Positions 10,028 through 20,099 of a stretch of 64,000 bases of DNA are shown in pieces. The position numbers and the translations under genes are program-made. This stretch comes from Myxococcota bacterium (GTDB lineage Bacteria > Myxococcota_A > UBA796 > UBA2385), in NCBI GenBank assembly GCA_044344255.1, contig JBIJDH010000006.1, forward strand, positions 32,001 to 96,000, in the 5' to 3' direction. The notes beneath the pieces were generated by a model. That model was not told the DNA's origin. It saw nothing but the letters and a program-made list of their open reading frames with translations, and did no database searches. Positions within the stretch are counted from its first letter, which is position 1. Each line of letters begins with the position of its first letter.

Positions 10028-10722
10028 GCGGCGATCTGCCGGCGCTGATCGGCATCAGCGCGGGGGATCACCGGTGCGGCCGTGATCTGGTCTCGCTCGC
10101 GGAGGGCGCCGCGCGGGGTGGGCTGCGGGCGATCATCTTGCGCGAGGCACAGCTCGGGGATCGCGCCCTCGTCGATCTCGCCCGGCGCCTCGCTCCGACC
10201 TTCGGTGAAGGGCTGCTGCTGCACGGGCGCTCCCCGGCCGGCCTGGAGATCGCCGAGCGGAGCGGCTGGGGCCTGCACCTCCCCGATCGGCTCCCCGATG
10301 GCGCGCCGAGCCTCGCGGAGCATCGGAGAGCGGTGCGCGGCCTCCTCGGCCAGAGCGTACACGACGCCGCGGGCCTCGCCGCCGCCGCCAACGCGGGGCT
10401 CGACTACGCGATCCTCGCGCCGGTCTTCGCCCCCGGCAGCAAGCCCGGAGATGTCCGCCCGACCCTCGGGATCGCAGGGCTGAGCACGCTCATCGCCGGC
10501 GCCGGTCTGCCCGTGTACGCCCTCGGTGGGGTCGGCCCGGAGGCGGTGGGGGCCTGTTTCGCGGCAGGGGCGATCGGCGTGGCGTCGCTGTCCGCGCTGT
10601 TCGGGCCCGACGCGACGCCCGAGTCGGCCGAGCGTGCGGCCCGCGCGCTGCTCCTCGTCGCCTCGGCCGCTCGATCGGGGCAGTTTGGCAGCGGCGCGGG
10701 GTCCGATACACTGCACGAATGA
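10024..10722 (+). CDS. thiE: Thiamine-phosphate synthase / TenI family
   Basis: [35 protein letters not shown] motifs; GTGA overlap with thiG. Confidence 0.8.
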   Translation: MSGDLPALIGISAGDHRCGRDLVSLAEGAARGGLRAIILREAQLGDRALVDLARRLAPTFGEGLLLHGRSPAGLEIAERSGWGLHLPDRLPDGAPSLAEHRRAVRGLLGQSVHDAAGLAAAANAGLDYAILAPVFAPGSKPGDVRPTLGIAGLSTLIAGAGLPVYALGGVGPEAVGACFAAGAIGVASLSALFGPDATPESAERAARALLLVASAARSGQFGSGAGSDTLHE

Positions 10723-12101
10723 TCGGGCCCCCCCAGAGAGTCCTCCTCGTCCGACCGCCGCGTCGGGGGCCCTCCGACGCCGGGCTGAGCGTCCCCCCGC
10801 TGGGCCTCGCGTACATCGCGGGCGCGCTCCGTGAGGCGGGGCACGACGTCCAGATCATAGACGCTTACGCGCTGAATTGGACCTGGCCGCGCTTCGCCGA
10901 CGCCGTCGCCGCTGCCCGACCCGACGTCTTCGGCCTCGGCGCGATGACCCCCGTGGCCGACGTCGCCGCCCGCGCGGTGGCCCTCGCTCGGCCCCATGTC
11001 GGGCGTGTCGTCCTCGGCGGGCCCCACCCCACGGCGGTGCGGGAGGCCGTCTTCACGGCCATGCCGGGCTTGGACGCCGCCGTGGTGGGGGAGGGGGAGC
11101 GAGTGGTGGTGGAGCTCCTCGACTGGTGGGCCGCGGGGGGCTCGGCCGATCCACCGCCCGGGGTGCTGGCGCTCGGCCGCGCCTTCCGCCCTGCGATCCC
11201 CGAGCCTGACCTCACTCGCCTCCCGGCTCCGGCCCGCGACCTCCTGCCGGGCTCCGCCTATCGGTACCTCTTCGCCACAAGGCCGGGCTTCGGCACGCTG
11301 ATCACCAGCCGGGGTTGCCCGTTTCGATGCTCGTTCTGCGACAAGAGCGTGAGCGGATCTCGCTGGCGGGCCCGGCCAGCCGAGCATGTGGTCGACGAGA
11401 TGGCGAGGATGCGGAGCGAACAAGGCGTCCGCTTCATCAATATCTATGATGATAATTTCACGCTGCGCCCGAGTCGGGTGGCCGAGATCTGCGAGGAGCT
11501 TCTGCGGCGGCGCATCGACGTCGAGTGGAAGTGTGAGGGGCGGGTGGACGTGGCCGATCTGGAGCTCCTGCGCCTCATGCGACGCGCCGGCTGTCGCACC
11601 ATCGCCTACGGGGTGGAGAGCGGGAACCCGGAGACCCTGGCCCTCCTGAGGAAGGACATCACGGTTGAGGAGTCGCGCGAGGCCTTCCGGCTGACCCGCG
11701 CGGCGGGCATCCGCAGCCTCGCCTACGTGATCCTCGGGGCGCCCGGGGAGGGGGTGGGTGAGGTGGAGCGGACTGTTCGCTTCTGTCGGGAGATTGGGGC
11801 GGACTACGTACAGTTCTCGTCGCTCGTCGCCATGCCGGGGACCCCGCTCTTCGCCTCCCACGGCGCCACGGCGGGCGTGAAGGGGCCGGTGGACGGCGAT
11901 CTCGAGCGGGCGACGGTCACCGATCTGCCCCCGGAGCAGCTCCAGCGCCTCCTCCGACGGGCCTGGACCGGCTTCTACCTCCGCCCTCGGCCGGCGGCGC
12001 GGCTCGCCCGCGACGCGGTGCGGAGCGGCTCCATCCCAGAGGCGGTCCGGTTGGGATCGGCGCTCGGGCGCTGGGCCCTCGGGGTCGGCGCCGATGTGTG
12101 A
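10719..12101 (+). CDS. Cobalamin-binding radical SAM protein
   Basis: PPLGLAYIA and VLGGPHPT (B12-binding); TSRGCPFRCSFC; DDNFT; YGVESG. Confidence 0.92.
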   Translation: MIGPPQRVLLVRPPRRGPSDAGLSVPPLGLAYIAGALREAGHDVQIIDAYALNWTWPRFADAVAAARPDVFGLGAMTPVADVAARAVALARPHVGRVVLGGPHPTAVREAVFTAMPGLDAAVVGEGERVVVELLDWWAAGGSADPPPGVLALGRAFRPAIPEPDLTRLPAPARDLLPGSAYRYLFATRPGFGTLITSRGCPFRCSFCDKSVSGSRWRARPAEHVVDEMARMRSEQGVRFINIYDDNFTLRPSRVAEICEELLRRRIDVEWKCEGRVDVADLELLRLMRRAGCRTIAYGVESGNPETLALLRKDITVEESREAFRLTRAAGIRSLAYVILGAPGEGVGEVERTVRFCREIGADYVQFSSLVAMPGTPLFASHGATAGVKGPVDGDLERATVTDLPPEQLQRLLRRAWTGFYLRPRPAARLARDAVRSGSIPEAVRLGSALGRWALGVGADV

Positions 12102-12120
12102 GGGCGGTCACGGGCGCGGG

Positions 12121-12837
12121 CTAGGCGGGCACGACCCGCTCGCCTTCGACACGCCAACCGACAGGCGGCCGCTCGGACACGCCAGCGGCGAGGTCCCCGA
12201 GCGTCCAGCCGCGGCGGTTGAAGGCCTCGGCGATCCGCACGCGGACTCGGTTCGACTCTTCGTCTCGGCGGGCGAGGGCGCGGGCGAGGTCGGCCCGAAC
12301 GGCGTCGGACTCCTGCGCCAGCAAGGTCTCGATGGCGGCGTAGCGCACGCCCTCGTCGAAGTCTTCGAGGCAGGCAGGCACGCGCTGCACGATCCGCTCG
12401 TCGAGGAAGTCGGCCAGCTTGATGAGCACCTGGCGCTTCTTCTCGGGCTTGAAGGGATCGACCTCCCGGCCGAGGAGGTCGAGCAGCACGTCCACGGCGG
12501 CAGCGGGCCCCTCCAGCGTGTCGATGATCTGCAGCGGGACGGCGAAGCTCTCGTTCTTCCGAACCCACTGCCGCACCGGATTGCCGACCTTCTCCTTGCC
12601 GAGGCCGAGCAGGAGCCGGTGGGCGAGCTCCTTCTCCGCGGTGTCCTTCATGCGCTGCTCGTAGGTGAGCGTGAAGCGCCCGAGGATCCCGTAGACCGCC
12701 TCCTCCGTCCCGTTCTCCGCGAGCCACTGCATCGACAGCTCCCGCTCCTCGGCCTGCGCGTTCGGGCTCTTCGCCCGCTTCGCATGGCGTTGAATCTGCT
12801 TTTCGTCGCCACCCAGAAAAAAGTCGAAGAATCCCAT
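12121..12837 (-). CDS. HEAT-repeat protein
   Basis: Start reassigned to ATG 12837 (MGFFDFFLGG); helical repeats CLEDFDEGVRYAAIETL and EESNRVRVRIAEAF. Confidence 0.75.
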   Translation of the reverse strand: MGFFDFFLGGDEKQIQRHAKRAKSPNAQAEERELSMQWLAENGTEEAVYGILGRFTLTYEQRMKDTAEKELAHRLLLGLGKEKVGNPVRQWVRKNESFAVPLQIIDTLEGPAAAVDVLLDLLGREVDPFKPEKKRQVLIKLADFLDERIVQRVPACLEDFDEGVRYAAIETLLAQESDAVRADLARALARRDEESNRVRVRIAEAFNRRGWTLGDLAAGVSERPPVGWRVEGERVVPA

Positions 12838-13061
12838 CGCGCGCTCCACCGCCCCCGGGGTCCGGGGGTCGGGCGGCGCAAGGTAAGAACCGACCGGGCG
12901 GGGGCAAGGGGGCGCGGTCGCTTGGCGACCGGCGACCGCTTGCTCGTGAACGTCGTGCACGTTGACGACCGGCGTCGCCTCGCCGTACAATGCTCAACCT
13001 GACTTGTTGTGTCTGGAAACACCTGGGGTCCCGATGTCGGCCCTGGATCGGTGGAGGCTTC

Positions 13062-14432
13062 ATGGCCGTTCGAATGACCTGGTGGACGTCTCCCGCGGTC
13101 TTCACGATGCTGTCCTTGTTCGCATGCGGCGACGAGAAGGTGGTCGACACCGCCACCCGTTGTGACGCGCCGGTCTCCAGCGCAGGGGCGGACGTGTCGG
13201 GCACCCTCGGTGCGCTCGTCACCCTAGACGGCTCGGCCAGCACCTTCTGTGAGAAGTACGCCGATCAGGTGACCTTCACGTGGACCTTCGAGAGCGTGCC
13301 CGCAGGGTCGGCGCTCGATGAGAGCGCGCTCTCCGACAACCGCACCGCGACGGCGGTGGCTCCGGGCTTCGCGCCGGACGCCGTCGGGGACTACACCCTC
13401 CACCTCGTGGTGTCCGATCCCGACGCGACGAGCGCCGAAGACGTCGTCGTGGTGCACGTCACCTCGACGGACAACGCCCCGATCGCCGACTGCGGGCCCA
13501 ACGTCGAGGGCAAGATCGGCGAGGCCGCCACCCTCGACGGCTCGCTGTCGAACGATCCGGAGGGGGCCGAGCTGAGCTTCTCCTGGTCGCTGACCGACGT
13601 CCCCGACTGCTCGACCCGCAGCTCCAGCGACATCTTCAACCCCGGCGGGCCCACCCCCTCGGTGGTGCCGGACTGCGACGGCATCTACACGGTGAGCCTC
13701 GTGGTGTCCGACGGAGTGCAGTACTCCGAGCCCGACATCTGCACGATCAACGTGGCCTCCAGCAATCGTCCGCCCGTGGCCGACGCCGGTGAGTCCGAGG
13801 AGCTCGGCTCCTGCGCGGACAACCCGATCTCCCTCGACGCCTACGGGAGCTACGATCTGGACGGCGACGAGATCACCTACCAGTGGACCGTGATCGAGGT
13901 ACCCTCGGGCTCGGCCTCCACCGACACGAGCTTCTCTGACTCCACCGCCGCCGATCCGAAGTTCACCTGGGACATCCCTGGCAGCTACACCTTCCAGGTC
14001 CAGGTCTACGACGGCACGGACTGGTCGAGCCCCGACATCGTCACCTACCTCATCAACGAGGAGTCGGAGAACCACCGGCCCTCGGCCAACGCGGGAGACG
14101 ACGTCACCATTGAGGCCGAGAGCGACTGTGAGGCCTCCAGCTACGTGTGGACCTGCGCGGACTGCGAGGAGCAGCAGCTCGAGCTGGACGGCTCGGCCTC
14201 CTTCGATCCGGAGGGCGATGAGCTCAGCTACACCTGGAACGAGGCCACCGGCACGGTGATCTTCTCGAGCCGGTACAGCGCGTTGAGCTCCGGTGTCATC
14301 CCGGCCCAGTCGGCGACCTACGGGGTCGCCACGACCATGTCGCTCACCGTCGAGCTGTCGGTCGCCGACTGCCAGCTCTCCGACAATGACACGTTCACGG
14401 TCAGCTATTCCTGCACCGGTCAGAAGCCGTGA
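13062..14432 (+). CDS. PKD/Ig-like repeat lipoprotein
   Basis: GGAGG RBS before ATG 13062; lipobox LFAC; four P-x-A-(D/N)AG...LDGS.S.DP.G...Y.W repeats; Cys-rich C-terminal repeat. Confidence 0.85.
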   Translation: MAVRMTWWTSPAVFTMLSLFACGDEKVVDTATRCDAPVSSAGADVSGTLGALVTLDGSASTFCEKYADQVTFTWTFESVPAGSALDESALSDNRTATAVAPGFAPDAVGDYTLHLVVSDPDATSAEDVVVVHVTSTDNAPIADCGPNVEGKIGEAATLDGSLSNDPEGAELSFSWSLTDVPDCSTRSSSDIFNPGGPTPSVVPDCDGIYTVSLVVSDGVQYSEPDICTINVASSNRPPVADAGESEELGSCADNPISLDAYGSYDLDGDEITYQWTVIEVPSGSASTDTSFSDSTAADPKFTWDIPGSYTFQVQVYDGTDWSSPDIVTYLINEESENHRPSANAGDDVTIEAESDCEASSYVWTCADCEEQQLELDGSASFDPEGDELSYTWNEATGTVIFSSRYSALSSGVIPAQSATYGVATTMSLTVELSVADCQLSDNDTFTVSYSCTGQKP

Positions 14433-14443
14433 GGGCCTCTCCC

Positions 14444-15826
14444 ATGATGTTCGTTCAGCGCCTCTGGGCCTTTTCTCTCGCGTCTTCGGTATTCGTGGCC
14501 TGCGGGACCGACTCCGAGCTCGTCAAGGACAAGGGGGCCTTCAACAGCCCGCCCGTCGCCAACGCGGGCAGCAACTTGAGCCAGAGCTCGGACACGCCGA
14601 TCGAGCTCGACGCCTCGGGCTCCTTCGACCCGGACGGTGACGCGATCACCTACCACTGGTCTTTTGACACGGTGCCCTCGGGCTCCGCCCTGGCCGGCAC
14701 CGAGGCCTCGCTCCCCGGCAACAACAGCTCCGCTCCACAGACCACCTTCCTGGCGGACAAGGCCGGGACCTACGTGGTCTCCTTGATGGTGGAGGACGCC
14801 CTCGGCGCGAAGTCCACCGTAGACTTCGTGATCGTCACGGTCGAGGACGGCAAGGAGCCGGTCGCCAACGCGGGCGTCGACCTCACGGGGCTCGAGGGCG
14901 CGACCTTCAGCCTCGACGGGAGTGAGTCTTACGATCCGCTCGGCCGCACCCTGAGCTACCACTGGAAGATCGAGTCGGCGCCGACGGGCAGCACGGTGGG
15001 TGCGCTCACCGGTGACACCAGCGCCAACGCCAGCTTCGTGGCGGATAAGGGCGGCGTGTACGTCGTCTCGCTCGTGGTCAACAACGGGCTCGACTCCTCG
15101 TCCCCCGACACCGCCCTCGTGCGGGTCTCCGCGGCCGATCCGGCCCCGCCCGTCGCCCTCGCGGGGGACGACATCACGAGCGAGGACTGCTCCTGGGTTG
15201 ACCTGAGCGGCTCCGGCTCCTACGACCCGAACGGGGACAGCCTCACCTATCAATGGGTGCTGCAGAGCAAGCCGTCCAACTCGACGGCCTCTGACGCGAG
15301 CTTCGACAGCACCGCCACGCCGACCCCGAAGTTCTACCCCGACGTCGCGGGCAGCTACGTGGTGTCGTTGGCCGTCTACGACGGCACCGCGTGGTCGACG
15401 CCGGACACCCTCAAGATCACGGCGGACGAGCGGGTGGCCAACGCGGTCCCCACCGTGGAGGCCGGCACGCCGAAGGCGGCGGACGGCGGTGAAGCCGAGT
15501 GTAGCCCGTCTGGCTACACCTACGACTGTGACTCCTGCTCGCCGGTCACGCTCAGCCTCGGGGATGACGCCTCGGCCTCCGATCCCGACGGGGACGGCAT
15601 GACCTACCTGTGGACGGTCGTGAGCGGCAACGGCGTCATCGCCGACCCCACCTCACTGTCCACCACCGTGAGCCTCGAGGACGCCGAGCCCACCGAGCCC
15701 TCGCTCTGTGAGGACAACGACTTCCAGTTCTTGCTGACGGTCACGGACTGCACGGGGGCCACGACCAGCGACACGGTCACCTACACCGTGAACTGCTGCG
15801 GCATCGAGGCGACGGCCGTTCGCTGA
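14444..15826 (+). CDS. PKD/Ig-like repeat lipoprotein, paralogue of upstream gene (alternative start GTG 14429)
   Basis: Lipobox FVAC; PVANAG...LDASGSFDPDGD..TYHW repeats. Confidence 0.85.
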   Translation: MMFVQRLWAFSLASSVFVACGTDSELVKDKGAFNSPPVANAGSNLSQSSDTPIELDASGSFDPDGDAITYHWSFDTVPSGSALAGTEASLPGNNSSAPQTTFLADKAGTYVVSLMVEDALGAKSTVDFVIVTVEDGKEPVANAGVDLTGLEGATFSLDGSESYDPLGRTLSYHWKIESAPTGSTVGALTGDTSANASFVADKGGVYVVSLVVNNGLDSSSPDTALVRVSAADPAPPVALAGDDITSEDCSWVDLSGSGSYDPNGDSLTYQWVLQSKPSNSTASDASFDSTATPTPKFYPDVAGSYVVSLAVYDGTAWSTPDTLKITADERVANAVPTVEAGTPKAADGGEAECSPSGYTYDCDSCSPVTLSLGDDASASDPDGDGMTYLWTVVSGNGVIADPTSLSTTVSLEDAEPTEPSLCEDNDFQFLLTVTDCTGATTSDTVTYTVNCCGIEATAVR

Positions 15827-15827
15827 G

Positions 15828-16727
15828 GTGGGGCCTGCCCTCGATCTGAGCGCGCTCACGGACGGCCAGCGGGTCCCTCTCCACGAGGTGTCGGCCCGCT
15901 GTGACGACGAGCGGCTGCCTGCGCTCTCCGGAGCCTGGGTTCTGGGCTGTGGCCCGGGGGGCACCGTCGATCGCGCCTTGAGCCTGGAGAGCGGGCGGCT
16001 GATCCGGCTCTCCGCTCCCTTGCCGAGCCCGGGATGGGGGGCCGGACTGGTCTTCCAGCCGGGCCTCCAGGGTGGCCTGTTCGCCCTGACAGAGGACGGA
16101 GCGATCGCCGTGCCAGGGACACGCTTGATGGAGCGACTCGTGTCGCCGGTCGCCTTGGACGGCCTCCACATCGCCGCGCTGGACGCCGATCACGTACAGG
16201 CCTTCCCGCAAGAGGCGGCCGCGCGGACCCTCTACGCGGCCCACCCCGCGGGCTGGTACCCGCCCGCCCTCGCCTGGCCCTTCGCGGCGTGGGTAGAGGA
16301 CGCGGGGGGAGGCGACGAGGATGTTGTCCAGATCGACCTCTCTGCCCGGGGCGCGCGCACCGTCCTGGCCGGGGGCCCCGGCCACCAGCGGCACGTGGTG
16401 GGCAGCGGGGCCTGGCTGGCCTGGGTCGAGCCGGAGGCGGTGGTGGTCCGAGACACACGAGACGGCGCTGAGCGACGGATCCCGGCGAAAACGGGCTTCT
16501 CGGCCCCTCCCAGCCTCTGGGAGGACATCGTCTGCTTCGAGACGCGGGCGGTGGGCGGCGCCGTCGGCGGGATCGAGGTCGGGATCGAGGTCGGGATCGA
16601 CGTGCGCTGCTCCGACGGGCTGTCCGCCGGCGGGCCGGGGGACCAACGATGGCCGAGCCGGTGGTCCCGCTGGCTCATCTACCGCGAGGGGGAGACCGTC
16701 TACCTCCGCACCGCGACCCCGCCGTGA
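15828..16727 (+). CDS. Hypothetical protein, possibly beta-propeller-like
   Basis: Sits between coupled genes; Trp-rich beta-strand segments; no family recognised. Confidence 0.6.
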   Translation: MGPALDLSALTDGQRVPLHEVSARCDDERLPALSGAWVLGCGPGGTVDRALSLESGRLIRLSAPLPSPGWGAGLVFQPGLQGGLFALTEDGAIAVPGTRLMERLVSPVALDGLHIAALDADHVQAFPQEAAARTLYAAHPAGWYPPALAWPFAAWVEDAGGGDEDVVQIDLSARGARTVLAGGPGHQRHVVGSGAWLAWVEPEAVVVRDTRDGAERRIPAKTGFSAPPSLWEDIVCFETRAVGGAVGGIEVGIEVGIDVRCSDGLSAGGPGDQRWPSRWSRWLIYREGETVYLRTATPP

Positions 16728-18631
16728 AGCTGGGCCGGTGGCTGATCTTCGGGCTCTGGACCCTCGGCTCGGCCGGCCTCTTCCTGGCAGGAGATCCATC
16801 GTTGACCGGGGAGGCGGCCCTCCGGCTCCTCCGAGGTCTGGGTGGGGTGTTCGTCTGGGCGGTGGCCGCGCTGGGGGCTGGCCAGGCCGTGGTGGGGTGG
16901 GCGACGCCGGCGCTCCGGACCGATCCGCGGGGCTGGGCGCACGCGGCCGTCGCGGGGCTCCTCCTCTGGGGGCTGGGCGGGCTCGGCCTCGCCGCGCTCG
17001 GGATGCTCGACAGCCCAGGCTTCATTGGCCTCGCCGCGCTGCTCTCCTCAGGCTGGCTGCGCCCCGCCGGCATCCCGCTCCCCCGCCGTCCGGAGGCGGG
17101 GACGCTGCTGGCGGTGGGCCTGCTGTTGTTGCCGGGCCTCGTCACCGCCCTCGCCCCGCCGGTGGACACCGACGAGCTCTACTACCAGCTCGCTTTGCCG
17201 CGCCGGATGCTGGACAGCGGCGGACTCTTGGGCGGGGCGTGGAGCCCGGACGGCAGTCGCCCGATGATCCTCCACCTCCCCTACGCGGCGCTGCTCTGGG
17301 CAGGAGGGGAGGCGGCGCCGCGGCTGTTTCACCTCGGGATCGCGGTGGCGCTGCTGCTGCTGGTCGAGGCGCTCGCTCGCGCCCACGGCGCCCCTTCCGC
17401 GGACGAAGGGCCGGTCGCGCGGCCCCTGGGTCAGGGCCTGGGCCTGGGCCTGAGCCTGGGGCCCGTGCTCCTCGCCGCCTCCTGGAGCGTCATCCAAGAG
17501 GCTGGGCTCGCCGCGAACAACCTGCCCGTGGCCTTCGTCGTGCTCGCGGCGGTCGACGCGGGGCTCCGCGGGAGCCGCGCGGCCTTGGCCCTCGCCGCTG
17601 GGCTCGCTTTGTCGATGAAGTACACCGCCGCCGGCCCGCTGCTGGGCGCCTTCTTGTTCTCACGCTTGCCGCTCTCGGGGCGCGCGCAGGCGGGTCTGGC
17701 GGCCCTCGCGCTGATCTCCCCGTGGTGGGTTCGAAACCTGCTCGACGGGCTCCACCCGCTCTTCCCGTACGCCGGGTGGGCGGCCGTGGAGGGCGCGAGC
17801 CTCCGCTTCCAGTACCTCGAGAAGTATGGCGCTGGCCGCGCGCCCACAGACCTGCTCCTGGCTCCGCTTCGTGCGGTGATGTCGGCGAACATCGGTACCT
17901 TTCGGTTTCTTGGGAAGCTGAGCCCGGGCTGGATCGCGGCGCTGCCCCTGCTCGCGCTCGGCGGCAGCCCTGCGATGCTCCGCCTCCTCGGCGTAGGGGT
18001 GGTGGGCCTCGCGGCCTGGACCGCCGGCCCGCATTGGATCCGGCACCTCCTCCCGGTGCTGCCGATCTTCGCGGTCGCGCTGTCGATGGCTGCGGCCCGC
18101 TCCTTGGATCGTCCGATGGGCCTCCTCCTGGGGGCGGCGCTGCTGGCGGGGCTCCCTGCGAACCTCGGGCCCGTGGTGACCACGCTCGCTGACCGCTTGC
18201 CGGTGGCCACGGGGCTCGAGGCGCGGGAGGCCTTCCTCTCCCGGCGGGTGGAGGACTGGGCGGCCGTGGCCTGGATCAACGATCACCTGCCGGCCGAGGC
18301 GCGCCTGGCCGTCTTCTTCGGCTGGAGCGGCTACTACATCGAGCGCGACTACCTCCTCAGCAGCGTAGAAGATCACGTCCCGACCCGACACTTCCTGCTG
18401 CGGGAGGGGGAGGGCGCCCTCGGCCGGCTCCGCGAGGCCGGGGTGGGCTACGTCCTCGTCGAGCGAGTGGGCTTCTTGCCGAGCGTCTACCCCTTCTTGT
18501 CGAAGGCGGACTTCCAGGCTCAATTTGTCGCCCCGGAGGCGCTGCTGGATCGGCTGCTCCTCCAGCAGGGTACCCGGGTGTTTCAGAGCGGCCGCGCCTC
18601 GGTGTGGAGGCTGGACGCCGCCGCTCCTTGA
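16724..18631 (+). CDS. Polytopic membrane protein, GT-C (ArnT/PMT-like) glycosyltransferase candidate
   Basis: GTGA overlap start; many TMs; luminal D-x-D-E-L-Y-Y-Q-L..P, SMKYT, PWWVRN, RHLLP motifs; C-terminal AVAWINDHLP..ARL domain. Confidence 0.7.
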   Translation: MKLGRWLIFGLWTLGSAGLFLAGDPSLTGEAALRLLRGLGGVFVWAVAALGAGQAVVGWATPALRTDPRGWAHAAVAGLLLWGLGGLGLAALGMLDSPGFIGLAALLSSGWLRPAGIPLPRRPEAGTLLAVGLLLLPGLVTALAPPVDTDELYYQLALPRRMLDSGGLLGGAWSPDGSRPMILHLPYAALLWAGGEAAPRLFHLGIAVALLLLVEALARAHGAPSADEGPVARPLGQGLGLGLSLGPVLLAASWSVIQEAGLAANNLPVAFVVLAAVDAGLRGSRAALALAAGLALSMKYTAAGPLLGAFLFSRLPLSGRAQAGLAALALISPWWVRNLLDGLHPLFPYAGWAAVEGASLRFQYLEKYGAGRAPTDLLLAPLRAVMSANIGTFRFLGKLSPGWIAALPLLALGGSPAMLRLLGVGVVGLAAWTAGPHWIRHLLPVLPIFAVALSMAAARSLDRPMGLLLGAALLAGLPANLGPVVTTLADRLPVATGLEAREAFLSRRVEDWAAVAWINDHLPAEARLAVFFGWSGYYIERDYLLSSVEDHVPTRHFLLREGEGALGRLREAGVGYVLVERVGFLPSVYPFLSKADFQAQFVAPEALLDRLLLQQGTRVFQSGRASVWRLDAAAP

Positions 18632-18655
18632 CAGGCCGTCGGAGCTCGTTATGAT
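18628..18655 (+). promoter_or_regulatory. Sigma70-type promoter of tRNA-Leu
   Basis: TTGACA (18628-33), 16-nt spacer, TATGAT (18650-55), 10 nt upstream of the tRNA. Confidence 0.75.
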
Positions 18656-18665
18656 GCCGGCGCTC

Positions 18666-18754
18666 GCGGACGTGGCGGAATTGGCAGACGCGCTAGGCTC
18701 AGGACCTAGTGGCCTTTACCGGCCTTGGGGGTTCAAGTCCCCCCGTCCGCACCA
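18666..18754 (+). tRNA. tRNA-Leu (anticodon CAG)
   Basis: Acceptor stem GCGGACG/CGTCCGC plus ACCA; D-arm GGCGGAATTGGCAGACGC; anticodon arm CTAGG-CTCAGGA-CCTAG; long variable arm; GGTTCAAGTCC T-loop. Confidence 0.97.
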
Positions 18755-18778
18755 TCTTGATGCGGAACACCATCAGAG

Positions 18779-18809
18779 AAACCACCGGCCAACCCCGGTG
18801 GTTTTTTTT
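18779..18809 (+). terminator. Rho-independent terminator after tRNA
   Basis: ACCACCGG-ccaacc-CCGGTGGT followed by a T-tract. Confidence 0.85.
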
Positions 18810-18897
18810 GGCTTCGGTCTTTGGGCAGCGGGCGTGGGACCTTTTGACTGCGTCTGGACAGCCGCTCCGCTATTGTCGACGTCTATCGGAGTCGCGC

Positions 18898-19563
18898 ATG
18901 AGCCTCAACAGCGTCCCCCCCTTGTTCGTGTTCCTCTCGCTCCAGATGGCCTGCACCCCGGGCAAGGCCCAGCTCAGCGCTGGGGATACGGGGGTGGTGA
19001 CCGGTGAAGAGTCCGACGCCGACGCGGACTCCGACTCGGACAGCGACGCCGACGCGGACAGTGACGCTGACGCTGACGCCGACAGCGACGCCGACAGTGA
19101 CGCAGATAGTGACGCAGACAGTGACGCCGATCCGGTCCCCGAGCCCGACTTCTCTCGCTGGGACGGCGGTCGCACCTTCGTGGTTGACTCGTACTACGAC
19201 GATGAGTGGGACTGTACGGAGTCCTCCGTGGAGTCTGCGGAGGAGCTCACGAGCGGCACCACCTACGACGCCCTGGCGGACGCCTGCCGCTCCTGCACCT
19301 ACTTCTACCAGGTAGACGTCAGCCCGGACGAGGTCTGCGGCTGGCTCGGGCTCTCGAACCCCGCCTACCGGGGCCTGATCCTCGACGGTGACCAGGCGGA
19401 GCTCTACACCTTCTACGAAGACCGCGACGGCATCTACGCCTCGCCGATCGACGATCGTGCAGACTTTGACGGGTGGACGGTCAGCTACGTCTACGAAGAC
19501 CAGGGCGACTCCTCCTACTCGCTGGCCATCTCGGGGAGCTTCACCTTCCCGCCGCTCCCCTGA
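18898..19563 (+). CDS. Hypothetical lipoprotein with (S/A)D dipeptide repeat
   Basis: Signal peptide ending QMAC; ~40-aa SD/AD repeat (about 19012-19130); Cys-containing C-terminal domain. Confidence 0.8.
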   Translation: MSLNSVPPLFVFLSLQMACTPGKAQLSAGDTGVVTGEESDADADSDSDSDADADSDADADADSDADSDADSDADSDADPVPEPDFSRWDGGRTFVVDSYYDDEWDCTESSVESAEELTSGTTYDALADACRSCTYFYQVDVSPDEVCGWLGLSNPAYRGLILDGDQAELYTFYEDRDGIYASPIDDRADFDGWTVSYVYEDQGDSSYSLAISGSFTFPPLP

Positions 19564-20099
19564 ACGACGCGCGTCGGGTCGTCTACCGGGGTCGGCTGGT
19601 TGAGCTCGGCCTGGAGCGGGCGCGCCTGCCCAACGGGGCGGAGGTGGAGCTGGAGGTGATCCGCCACCCCGGCGCCGCCGCCGTCGTGCCGCTGCACGAG
19701 GATGGCAGCGTCACCCTCGTCCACCAATACCGGCACGCCGCGGGCGGGATGATCTACGAGGTCCCGGCGGGCAAGCTCGACGGGGGCGAAGACCCGCTCA
19801 CCTGCGCGACGCGGGAGCTCGCCGAAGAGGTGCAGCTCCGCGCCCGAACGCTGCGCCTGTTGACCGTGATCCACACGACGCCGGGCTTCACCAACGAGCG
19901 CATCCACCTCTATGTCGGCACCGAGCTCGAGCCCGCGGAGGGCGCGCCGGAGTGGGATGAGCACCTCCGCGTGGTGCGCGTCCCCGGCGAGGAGGCCCTG
20001 GCGATGGTCCGAGACGGGCGCATCACCGACGCCAAGACCCTCTGCGCCCTGCTCCTGGTCTTGGGCGCTGGCGCGCAGGGCTCACCGGCCCCACGCTGA
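19560..20099 (+). CDS. NUDIX hydrolase (ADP-ribose pyrophosphatase-like); probable CTG start
   Basis: RHPGAAAVVP, QYRH, EVPAGKLDGGEDPLTCATRELAEE Nudix box, TPGFTNE, ITDAKT. Confidence 0.9.
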   Translation: MNDARRVVYRGRLVELGLERARLPNGAEVELEVIRHPGAAAVVPLHEDGSVTLVHQYRHAAGGMIYEVPAGKLDGGEDPLTCATRELAEEVQLRARTLRLLTVIHTTPGFTNERIHLYVGTELEPAEGAPEWDEHLRVVRVPGEEALAMVRDGRITDAKTLCALLLVLGAGAQGSPAPR

